The notes under the pieces are model-generated. The model was given only the letters and a program-made list of their open reading frames with translations, was not told the DNA's origin and did no database searches. Below are positions 49,197 to 60,371 of a stretch of DNA of 64,000 bases, one piece after another. Each line of letters begins with the position of its first letter. Position 1 is the stretch's first letter. This DNA comes from Phoronis australis (Eukaryota; Animalia; Phoronida). The stretch is from the NCBI GenBank assembly GCA_002633005.1, contig NMRA01000123.1, forward strand, positions 480,553 to 544,552, written 5' to 3'. A program made the translations under genes and the position numbers.

Positions 49197-51315
49197 ACTG
49201 TGCCGCATGACGTTCGGACTGAGCCCGTTAACATGATTAAGTAGCTGTGTATGATTCAACGTCAAGACATAGTCAGTAAACCTCCTTGAATCAAAGCAGG
49301 TTACACTGTAGGAAGTCTTCACGTTGAAAGTGTATGATTTAGTGTCATAATTTTAACATTCGAATACCACATCAAGTGTTAGCCTGCAGACGTTGAAATT
49401 ACGAACGCGTGAACACATTAATTTAACTTCTGAAATAAAAGGGCGAATATAACGGCACAGAAATCAAGCGCTTGGAAAGAGCTTATTCGCTCGAAGAATC
49501 GACATTTGGCTGTTCGCTTGTTACTCCCCATTCTTTTCCTTGCGGCAGATTCATGAGCTAAACCATTACCTTGGCTGATTGGCTATTATTCGGACGTGAC
49601 AACAATAGGTCAAAAACTGAGATTATAAGTTGGCAGACGATTTTGTTCGTAGTTGTTAGACAAAGGCAAAAAGAGGGAAAACATCAGGATAGGACTGTTA
49701 ACACTTTCCTAAATATCTCAAGGGAACTCAATTTGGTTAGTACTAATGCACACAACAAGCAATTCCAACCATTCTTTTTACTTACAACGTATGTCCATTT
49801 CACAAATTTGTGAAAAGCGTTGCGATGGTTCTTCAGCTCTGCCTTAGAGTTGACTGTAGGCTATCAGGTTCGCAGCAGCAAAATTTGTTGGTATTATAGT
49901 ACAACAAAGTTATATCGTAATAAAACTAGTTACGATAATGGGACTATTCGACAATCCGATACATTACTAGAGATCTCCCGTGTACTAGTGGTGATAGATT
50001 AAGAGGCCTCGATTTCGAGAGCCCTTAATACATGGTGAAATAGCATTCAGTAGTGCCAACTGAACCTGAGATTGCGTGAAAAGGGTGCTTCTACGAGAGG
50101 AAGTAAGCATGTTCTTATAGAAAAGTAAAGTTTGCGATTAGTTTAACTATTATTCCATGTTTACAATATTGATGCCTGTTAACAGGTACTGGCCGATGTC
50201 GACTTAGCGGAAGTCGCCAGTCGGGTTAATCATTGTTTTTTTGTGATGTGTGTCACGATACGTACTTGACGTAGCCGACTCAGAATGATTTCTTACAGGT
50301 TTATCAATGACAGTTACATGTACATCAATGCTGACTTTTTATGTTGTCTACTCGATATTCGTTAGTGAGGTAAGACTACAATCTGAACCCAAAGGTTACG
50401 TGACAAATATCCATTAGACTATTTGTTTACTCCCTATCCTTTGTCGTCCGGAAATCTAATACACGTTGACATGGAAATATATCGTGTCTGTTTTCACCTG
50501 ACCTTTGTGTTTTAGGTTTGAGGGCTCGTGCCGTGCAGAAGAGATATCCATTACTTCTGCAACCATCCCTGAATGGATAAAAAATGGTTTTAAGCAGTTG
50601 TCTGCAGCTAACCAGCAAAATCTTTCTATACAGTGCAGATCTGTTGTCAAAGCCTACTTTCTGTATCGAAGACAAAGAACAAAGCCTTTGAAAAAGGACA
50701 GCTATTTTTAAAGAAAATGTATGTACATGTAACTTGTTTTGTCCGGTTCTCTGCGGGAGGTTGGCATAAGGGGTTGGGGTTGTAAAATTTGATGCAACTG
50801 AATGGTTGGTTTGACAGGTAATAGTGAGGTAATTCTTAACCTTCATGAATTTTTTTCAAGTTTCAGGAAACTGTTTTGCTATCTGTTGTAAACCGATTAA
50901 AATTTTCAGAATTCCCAATAACTGAACAGTCTTAACTCATTCCTTGAAATGTTGCAAGTCGTTTATAAATTCATATGGCAGACATTTTTATGAAAATTGC
51001 ATTTTTGCTGTGAATATACGAATGATGTCTTACTTGAGCGTATTTATCTTTCTGCCAATACGCAAACAATGGTGCCTCGGGATTTTCAATTACTCTTAAA
51101 CAACAGAAAGATTATCAATTATTTTTAAGTGGCACAAGTCTTCATACAGTATCTTCTATTAGAAGAAAAATAAAAAATCTGAGAAACGGTTCCCTCAGCC
51201 TCAGACCAGAAATGTGCTTCACAGATCCATGAATCTTTAATCGGTGCTTAAAATTGCTGAGAGTATCAAAAATCAAAATGCTTGAAAATGCGTAACAACG
51301 GTTTAAAGTTGTCTC

Positions 51316-51711
51316 AAATGCAAATTAAGATCGCCATTATGCAAAATTCTATTATTGCTTATAATTTCCTTACCAAGCATTGCAGGCAGGTTATTTTGAT
51401 GCTTTCAACCATGTTTCCATGGTCAACGAATTAATAAATTATGCAAATTGACAATGTAATAACCTAAAAATTGCACAATTAAATTTGTTGACCATAAAAA
51501 CATAGGTAAAACGTCAAAATTATCGGGCCGCAGTGCTTGGTAAGGAAATTATAAGCAAGAATAGAATTTTGCATCATGGCGACCTAAACTTGCATATTTA
51601 GAAAAATTGCTCAAAGGTTGCGAACGGTCACCCCCTTAAATGGTTACATGAAGCAGCAAAGAAAAAACTTTATCCGGCAAAACCAGGCTCAACCCCCTGG
51701 CTCCTGGACTA
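51316..51711. repeat. ~280-bp foldback (51316-51597) near a TE-like terminus ...CCTGGACTA
   Basis: tcgccattatgcaaaattctatt..gcttataatttccttaccaagca pairs with tgcttggtaaggaaattataagc..aatagaattttgcatcatggcga. Confidence 0.8.
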
Positions 51712-52161
51712 TAAAACAACAGTTTTTGTACAGTTTTAGTTGTTCGCAGCACAATTTGAGAGCTACGAACCCTGATGCATAGCTACTGCCTCAAATGACT
51801 TTNCCCATCATTGTTTCCAACGCACAACGAGGTGAATTTACCACCAACCCGTAAACTATTGCAACAGTGATGAACAAAAAAACTTAGAACACACGCTTAC
51901 AATGAGCCTGCGAGAGTAATTTATTTTCAGGTGCTGCGCTAGTCAATTTTCACTGCCTACGCCCCCTCCCCCCTTAAATCCGCCACTGCTATGTTTTAGT
52001 AAAAGTATCCAAATATGTACCAAGTGTCACATAGCGACTTCATGGAGATCCGTGTGTATAAGCGTAATCAGAAAAAGAAACAACTTGTAAATACGTTGAA
52101 GAAAACACCATAAGTGACGCATTTAGAAACAAGTGGGGACATATACAAAACCCTAGTAAAT

Positions 52162-52321
52162 ATAGGTTATACAACGTACGTGTTTGTACCAGTGGTTATT
52201 ATATCAAGATTCGTGATATGCAAAAGTATTTGAAGCCCGAGTTCAAATACTTTTGCATATCAAAAATCGAGACATAATAACACACTGCTACAAACACGTA
52301 CATATACATTGTACAACCTAT
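52162..52321. repeat. 160-bp hairpin with gcccgag loop
   Basis: gatatgcaaaagtatttgaa-gcccgag-ttcaaatacttttgcatatc, with arms extending to ataggtt/aacctat. Confidence 0.85.
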
Positions 52322-53137
52322 TTATTCTATGCGCCAAACTGAGGATTTTTTAAAGAAGCGGGTTTACAGAGATTGCTCCTGTTGTTTTGGTGTCGTTTGT
52401 CATCTTTTATCAATGATGATTGCAGATCGCGTGACACGTATACGTGCACGCAATTTTTTTATGAATGAGTTTTTTGCAGCCTGCATGATACGGAAGTCAA
52501 GTTGTATTTTACAGCAGCTACAGGCTTTGGGTGAATATCTGCTATTTTCGGTATTTTTGAGTTTGAGCTGCATTTATTTCTAAGTTAAAGTGTGCTTACA
52601 TTTCTGACGATTTTTTCTTGACTTCGTTGAGTAATATCTTTGCAGGACACCCAGATGTTGTTGCTGATGCACGTTCAGACGCTTCTTAAAAATGCTCCTT
52701 GCGCGCGGTTCTTATCATTTTTAGGTAGAAAGTATTCCGAAATTTATGGTAAAATTGACAAAAACGCAGTGTTTACAGAAATTGCAGTTTTGCTATTGGT
52801 CTCGACGTATTTTGATTGGTTTGAGAACGAATTTAAAAATTCACTCATATTTGACCGTAGAAAACCTTAATTGGTGTACCGCAATAGGTGACCAAAAAGT
52901 GGCATGCATTTGTATTGTAAAGTGTATTGCTTTCCTAATCCCAAATATATTGTGGCAAGTTCGAGACTTTTTGTGATTTAAGTATTCTATCCAGGTGCAA
53001 AATTTTACGGTATATTAAGAAATATTGTCAGCGATATTTTCATTTCACTTTTTTGTTTTGTTTTCAGAACTCATATCATAGTATTTGCATGTGAAAATAT
53101 TGCGCACGGAGCTGAACCCAAAGTGATGCTATATATA

Positions 53138-53299
53138 TAGATTATTACACGGCGAAGTCGTTATCCCCCGTTATCTAGAGCCCGAGTGGATTTTGGAGAA
53201 TTATCGCCAGAGGGCGTTAGCCCCGAGGGTAATAATTCTACAAAATCCACGAGGGCTCTAGATAAGGGGGGATAACGACTGAGAGCATGTAATAATCTA
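53138..53299. repeat. 162-bp hairpin
   Basis: tagattattaca..agtcgttatccccc.ttatctagagccc..gtggatttt pairs with aaaatccac.agggctctagataa.ggggggataacgact..tgtaataatcta. Confidence 0.85.
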
Positions 53300-55297
53300 C
53301 TTATACCACATACTGAACGAGAAACATTGCAATGAATCGATCTACCTTTCTCGACTCGGCTCAGCTTTGTAACTACTTTCTATGTCAGAGGCCCGGGGTC
53401 GTAGGTCGTGACCTTTTAAGAAAAGCCGAGATTTTTTTGTAAAATAATGCTTTTACTCAAAACCAATTGAAAAATAAAACAAAATAGAAATAAAGTGAAT
53501 CTATAAATTAAGGTTTAGCAACTGTTATAGCTTACTACACATTTTATCACGCTAAGATTCGACCGGGAATGTCGTCTGCTAAAGTAGGTTACCACTAGTA
53601 ACTGACTATGATGCTCAAGTCAAAGGATACCGACCACACGACACCTGCATTCAAATTGGAGATCGGTGATTTGCAACGCGCGTTGAATACGGAAAAATCC
53701 ATATTCAATGCGCGTATTTCTTCCGTATCAAACCTCACTATACGACCCGTATTTCATGGACATACTATCACGCGTATAGGATAATTCCAAATATTAGGTG
53801 TAATCGTTACTTGATAGTGAAGTGTTATGTCTTTTGAGATGCTTTAGAACGATAATGCGAAAAGTGTCATATTCTTCAAATGCAGTTATTCTGCAAATGG
53901 GTAGGTATCCTGATTTTTGTGGCACTCTGCATCCAAAAAGATTCCGTTAATTGTCCCTCCGAGATCTTAGTGTGTACAGAAGCTGAATGCCATCAACAAC
54001 TCTTGCTGGTTCCCTGCCTGTCCACTTCTCACTAGTGGACACGACAGTATTATTTATCAGCACGCGTTTTATCGTTGGTTGATGTAACCTCGACGGTAAT
54101 TAGTTAGCTTTAAAACAAAGAGAGAAAATGGCGGACTGTGAACGATTTTTAGCCTTGTCATTATTTTTGCAAAACCAAATTTTCTCTCTACATGTTCAAT
54201 AAAGTCAAAAAGACAAAGTGCTTGAAACACACACAATGCACACAGATCTGGCCGATTTAACAGGTGTAACGGTGTTACTTAACGGTGAAAATACAGCACA
54301 GCAACGTAATCAATAGTCAGGGACAGCAAAAAGGCACACCGAAAAGGCACAATCACAGCTTTCCGATTCACTTTTCTTGAACATATCAAAATTAAGCATC
54401 AAGTTGTCTGTACAACAGACAACACACTACATGTATATCCATATGTATTCCCCCTCCATCAGCCATGCCCGTGTGTTTAAGTTTGACGCGCCATCTGTTG
54501 ACAATTCGACCAGCCAATCAGAAACGCCGGTGTACTAAATTTTTTGTCGACGAAAATCAAATGATACCTACGTGTCCCCTTCCACTTAGTGGACACGCAG
54601 GGAATCAGTAAGCCGACAACTGAGGTCTGACCGACACTCTTCACGGTAACCACATGGAAGCGTTCGTTCTGTAACTTCGTTTTGCCGTCTCCTTGGACAA
54701 TACTCAGTATGATGACAGTTTGCGTCCCTGCATGACGGCGACATCCCGTTGCTCCCAACTTGTTCGATTGGATAGCCCAACAACAAGTTGGGAAGTTTAC
54801 CCCCCGTAGCCAATTAACTCTATTCTGGCGTTGATGGTTGGAGGGCCTGCGCTCTTTTGTTTCATAATTGCTCTAATCTCCGATCAGATCGTATCTAAAG
54901 GTGTAGCCTGACTGGGGTGGGCTGATAAAAATGAAAGTTAAGTTAAGCCAGATATTATTGCACGTTCAGCACCCCTCACGTCTGGAAAAGTTACTGAACG
55001 ACAGGACGCTGTAATGGGTATTGCAAATTCTAGGTATTTGCTCACACTTCTCGTCCACATTTCCCAGGACGACATCCATATCTTCTTAAATAGTGCACAA
55101 TATTCTTCTTTTTATATTGAAAAATAAAGATTTGTTAGTTCCGTAAAGCCCCACTGCGAGCGATGTTTTTCGCGTCATCACTGAGTCTGCACAGCACAAA
55201 GGGATGAAGGTAATTGGCAGTGTTAGCAAAAAATCAACCTATGCATACTCGCAACCTTTTGTTTTTTCTTTTCTGTGACGTTAGTGCATCCCTGGGC

Positions 55298-55572
55298 CTA
55301 GCCAGTTAGCTAGCTGTATGGAGATTATGATAGCAAAAATAAAGCTATATTTCGTGGAGCCGAAAGCCCATGGAAAATGTCGCACCACACTTTTAGCAGC
55401 AAAAAAACGATAGAATTCCAATTTTTCCAACAACGCCAAGTAACTTTGTTTACTCAAGGAAGAGTGTAATTTTCAATGACACTAACTTTGTGTGAGATTT
55501 CATTTGATCGGTGTTTACACACATCGGTGCAAAACTGTTTAGAGGATACAGCTTTGCACCAATGCTACGCGG
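55298..55572 (-). repeat. Internally deleted copy of the ~750-bp repeat family
   Basis: ctagccagttagctagctgtatg ... tttactcaaggaaga ... cacatcggtgcaaa.ctgt ... atacagctttgcacc. Confidence 0.7.
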
Positions 55573-56665
55573 TGCCACGACACGACAGTAAACTTGTATA
55601 ATGAACTTTTGTGAGCCGAACCATCAGACGACTTATACACATAAAGTACAGCAGCAGGAATTAACATTGGAAAATTCTTTAAAAAATAAAGAAATGTGAT
55701 TTCGTATAGCGGACGACCAGTGAAAGCGTCGCCTAAGCGATATACTTGAAATAACAGGTCACGCAACGATATAGGTGTAGACAAAAAACTATTGTTGTCA
55801 TTATGAAACATGGCGGAGAGCAGTGGAAGCCGACATTATAATAGCATAGTTAACAAAATCATTACATATACTTGCAGAATTCCTCAAGCAAGGAGATACA
55901 ATATATGCTGGTCGAGCAGGGGCGTTGAAAATTATACATTCGTTTTGACAGTAGGACTGTAGACGGTCTCAAAACGAGGCATCGATTTTTCTGTCGCACT
56001 TTTGTCACATGACTATTGTACGGCTGTTATCATTAGACACCTTCCCGAGTGGTCTGAAAACATGTTGGTCGGACATTTGAAAACTCAAGCTTGGAAGTTT
56101 GGAATTGTTAATTCATTTTTTACTATTCACAAAAAGAATCCCACGTTGACACCTTAACCGGTCGAGATTGTGCAACTCGACCGGTTTGCGCACCTCAAAA
56201 TCTTCCGGTTTAGATAAAAGACACCATGTTGTGGTTAATTAAATCACTGTCTTCAGCCTGCTGATTTTATCGTTCGCTAAATAATGAGACCCATCATAAA
56301 CACCTTGAGGGCGGCATTTTTAAGTTTTGTGAAAAGCAAACGTGATAAGGTTTTGCGTGTCTGTTTAATGCTGCAATATGTTCCTCATTAATTCTGCTGG
56401 GTGTGAAACAATAATTTTGCCGATTACCAAACTACCAGCCAGTAGTGGGATTTTGAGGTAAGCCAAGTGTCACCGTAAAATTCTTAGCATGTTGAATTTT
56501 CTTGCAGAAATGTTCTGCAGTATTTGCCCAATGTTCGAGAAACTTCTTGGCTATTTACACTTTATTTTTCTACATGTATGTTGCTAGTTTATGCGCACGC
56601 GTCAGAGAAATGCACGTTGCTTAAGCTGCAAAAACTTACTCCCACGAGGGGAAGACAGCTGGAAT

Positions 56666-57792
56666 CACAGGCGCTTGGGTTTATCGCAAATGACGTCACT
56701 CAATAATATATATATATAAGAAAACATAAAGGTTGGACACTTGAAATCTGTTTCCTAAACATTTTCTACTCAAATGTGCATGGAACTCTACGAAACTAGC
56801 ATCGAACAACTCTTAGAATACCTTCTTTCATTTGATCTCTTCAAATTGCCTTCGAGTGGTGATTTGACGACAACAATGCCAAAAGAATGCCAAAATCACA
56901 AATTCAAGGACCTGATTCCGTGATGTCATGGCAGACGGTCTTCGCACATCCGGGTTTTTGACGAACGCTCCCGAGCTAAATCCGAAAGTCTAATTTCGCG
57001 CAGCTTTCATCGTCAATACCTCGACTACTTGATCATGAGAAGCAGAGAGCACTTTATTGCCAAATAAATGTAATTACTCACATATTTGTGTCAAATATAA
57101 ATTATCCTGATACTGTATTGATATGCGAAGTTTTTGTGTGCTGTGATTTCTTATGAAGGTTTTACTTTTGGCCAAAACCATTGAGTTAACTCGTCGGCCA
57201 CGCGCATTGTAATACTTGCACGGACTGCGTTTCCTGGCCGAATGTGTGTTGTGCTTCAATCAGAAAAGTGCGTGATGTCAAGATGAGAAACAAGATACGC
57301 CAGTTTATGTAATAAAATTCTAAGTTAAGGGCTAAAATGAGCCGTCAGTGGAATAAAGTTACAAATAATCATTAAAATACTAACTTTAACATTCTCAATT
57401 AGTTGAGTTTTGGATTAGAATTATTGAATTTGAAATATAGGTTGCTTGCTCAAACTCGAAGTTTCACCTACGACAGGCGTACAAGTTGAAGCACAACTGA
57501 AATCCGCCATGTTTACTATTTCAGATCCTTGAATTCAGAGTTTTGAGATTGTTTTGGAAATTTCATCGCCACTTCACCACTCACGAAGACAGTTAATGGG
57601 ATCTAGGAAAGATAAGGCTTTGAATGTTTATGCAATACCAGGCTAAGGGAGGTGCACGCAGATTTTATTTGGATTTTGGACGGTTGAAGTTGGGAGCCTC
57701 GGCTTGGCAAAGTTTAAGTGTCCAACCTTTATGTTTTCTTATATATATATATTATTGAGTGACGTCCTTTGCGATAAACCAAAGCGCCTGTG
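56666..57792 (-). mobile_element. Same 1.1-kb MITE, copy 2, inverted relative to copy 1
   Basis: Same TIRs; TSD GCTGGAAT at 56658-56665 and 57793-57800; the interior is the near-identical reverse complement of 46885-48000. Confidence 0.95.
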
Positions 57793-58388
57793 GCTGGAAT
57801 TTGGATCAGAATCTTACAAAAGGACACAGGAGAGCTCATATGTAGCTTTGAAGTCCATCATAAGGCGCAACTTTTATTGTGGTACATGAATAAGGCATGT
57901 GTTTGATTAATCAATTTTCTACTATTTTTGCATGGTCAAAAAATTGAAGCTTCGACATAATTTCAGAGCTTTCTCAAGAAATTTTCTTAAATTCTCTTAG
58001 TTACGATTTATAGTTGTCTCTGCATCTACTTGGCCACTGGTTGATTAATATCCCCAATGTGTCCGATTCCATCCATTTTGGTACACGCGGGTCCTCTTGA
58101 GTCTAAACTCACAAATAAAATGTTAATGAGTGAACATATCGTGGTGATCTAACTTGCTTCTAGTTCTCAAAATACTCGGGTCTGTCCGAATGTTCACAAT
58201 TGTAGTGCATTTCCAAAAATTACAACCTAATTGAAAAATTCAACGATAAAAACGTCAAACAATCGGCCAAAAAAGACAATTTGTAGGCAAGTGATTTTAT
58301 TTGTGATACTGTGAAACCATAAGCTGGAGAAAGCAACAAGTGATTTCACTGGCCACACTTGTGAGTCGTACGTTGAACAAACTTACAT

Positions 58389-60371
58389 TCATTCTGCGGT
58401 ACACGCACTTATCTGTTTAGTAACTGATTCCTTTCCTTTACTCTGTTGAATACATTCTACCTGTCTATCTCCTGTGGCCGCTGTCGGAGGCTCTGTGCAA
58501 CGTTTTAGGCACAATTCGCACACAGACTGCGCCCAGAAGTAAAATGCAAACGCAGCCGCCCCTGTGCTTTCAAATTTCTTCTTGCTGTGCATGTCTAGCA
58601 TTTCGTTTGCTCGTGCAGCTATTTCCGGGTGCAGATTTTTGTGTTTGAAACGCTTGACGCGTCTAAATATGTCTTCATAATCTTGAGTATTAACTGTAGA
58701 AAGCCTTTTCTTACACGATTCCCAGTCGCTTGTTTCGATTTCGGCGTCGCCTAGAATCAACAAACTTGCTCTCATAGTGTCAACCAAGTGATTCGGTGGA
58801 TCTTCAATATCGATGACTTTTGAAAGTGCGCCTTTGTTAAATTTCAATATTACTTGTTTGAGGTTGTCTGAGTATTCCAGATCCTCATTCAGCCTCTTTC
58901 CAGTGACGTATTCCGGAACAGTCGTTCTGTCAAACGACGGGTCCTCTATTTTCAACAAAACCTCTTTCAACTTTTTCTCATTTTTCTCTTCAATGGCTTC
59001 AACCAAGACTTTTCTATTCTCAAGCTGTTCAGCCAATTTCCTGGATTCGGCAATGAGATTCTTATCAGCAATTATGGCTGGTGTGTATTTTTGGATAAAT
59101 TCTTCGTATTTTTTCATCGATTTTTGGATGGCACTTAGATCCCGCATCCCCACTGCCTCGTTGAGTTTTTTCTTCCGCTCATCCAGTTTCTGGACAACTT
59201 CTATTCCCACTGGTTCGCGGATGCTCTGCCGGGTCGTCACTATGGTCTGGACATGCTCTCTGGCCTCTTTGGCTTCCTTAGCTGCCATCTCAAACATTTC
59301 ATCTGCCCAGGTGTGCACACAGTTCTTTGCAACCGCGACTAGCTCGTCGTCTGCATTGAACAACCCTGCGTTGGTTGCCATGAACTCCTCATACAGGTGC
59401 AGAGCTTCTCGTAGATTCTCAGGGTCGTGGTAAGCCACGGCGCTACGGAGGTTTTCATGAAGCACATTATGCTGTACTCTCCTGTTGTTGGCCTGCTGTT
59501 GTCTTTCCCGTATCATAGCCTCAGCTCTCTCAACCAGTTTGTCTTTGTACACCAACTTACCTTCATGCAATTTGAAAAATAAATTATATCGTATCAGTGC
59601 ACGTTCAGTGTCCTGAAGGTGACCCGACTCCAGCATTTTTTCCAAGTGCATAACCAGTTCTTCTAGTTCTTGTTTGAGCTCCAGAAACTCTTCGCCTTGC
59701 TTAGCAAGGAAATCTTTGGCGTCTGCAATCAGTTGATTATCTGGTGTAGAATGCTTGTGTTCCTTTACGAAGTCTTCGTATTCAATCAGAGTGGCTTGCA
59801 CGATCATGCTTTTCTCACTGGAAATTGCATATCTGAGTCTCTGTGACAACACCCTCTCGGTAGGCGCCATGCTTTCTTTAATAGAACGCTGCCGCCTCAT
59901 GAAGACTTCAGCCTGCAGTAAAAGTTTTTTCTGCGGTTGGACGACGACGCAATTATAATCTTCGAAAGCTTTCAAAGTCTGAAAAGCGTCTTGGACATTT
60001 TTTCGGACGCCTTTATCCAACGCCCTTTTTAAATCGTTTATCAATTTTGCATGTTCCTTCTTCAAAGCAGATTTGCTCTGTGTGTATAAATTGATATAAT
60101 TCTTTGCTTCATCGACGAGTTCTTGGTCAAAAACAAGACTGTTGGAATTGTCTTTCACAAAATTGACGTAATCAGACAAAGCCATTTCAATGTGTGTTTT
60201 TCTTTTCTTGTCCAATGCGGATCTTAGGATCAATTTAAACTTTTCTGCGTGTTCCGCTGCTTCTTCTGGCGCAAAGACGTCAACACGTCTTTTCGGCCGA
60301 GTCACACAGAGAACAATCACAAAAAGACAAATTGCCATGGCAATAGCGGCCGATATGATGACGTATTCCAT
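58389..60371 (-). CDS. Single-pass membrane protein with ~6-7 helical repeats and a C-terminal dynein-MTBD-like domain
   Basis: Uninterrupted 660-aa ORF from the first ATG (684 aa from TTG). N-terminal TM VIISAAIAMAICLFVIVLCV followed by RPKRR; repeats L..AL......L..AL..Y..F.........D..LI..AK; C-terminal PP..LV.TM.A.L.ILG.....W..C...L...F...V..F....LHPEIAARA...L......A..FY.WA. Confidence 0.85.
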   Translation of the reverse strand: MEYVIISAAIAMAICLFVIVLCVTRPKRRVDVFAPEEAAEHAEKFKLILRSALDKKRKTHIEMALSDYVNFVKDNSNSLVFDQELVDEAKNYINLYTQSKSALKKEHAKLINDLKRALDKGVRKNVQDAFQTLKAFEDYNCVVVQPQKKLLLQAEVFMRRQRSIKESMAPTERVLSQRLRYAISSEKSMIVQATLIEYEDFVKEHKHSTPDNQLIADAKDFLAKQGEEFLELKQELEELVMHLEKMLESGHLQDTERALIRYNLFFKLHEGKLVYKDKLVERAEAMIRERQQQANNRRVQHNVLHENLRSAVAYHDPENLREALHLYEEFMATNAGLFNADDELVAVAKNCVHTWADEMFEMAAKEAKEAREHVQTIVTTRQSIREPVGIEVVQKLDERKKKLNEAVGMRDLSAIQKSMKKYEEFIQKYTPAIIADKNLIAESRKLAEQLENRKVLVEAIEEKNEKKLKEVLLKIEDPSFDRTTVPEYVTGKRLNEDLEYSDNLKQVILKFNKGALSKVIDIEDPPNHLVDTMRASLLILGDAEIETSDWESCKKRLSTVNTQDYEDIFRRVKRFKHKNLHPEIAARANEMLDMHSKKKFESTGAAAFAFYFWAQSVCELCLKRCTEPPTAATGDRQVECIQQSKGKESVTKQISACTAE

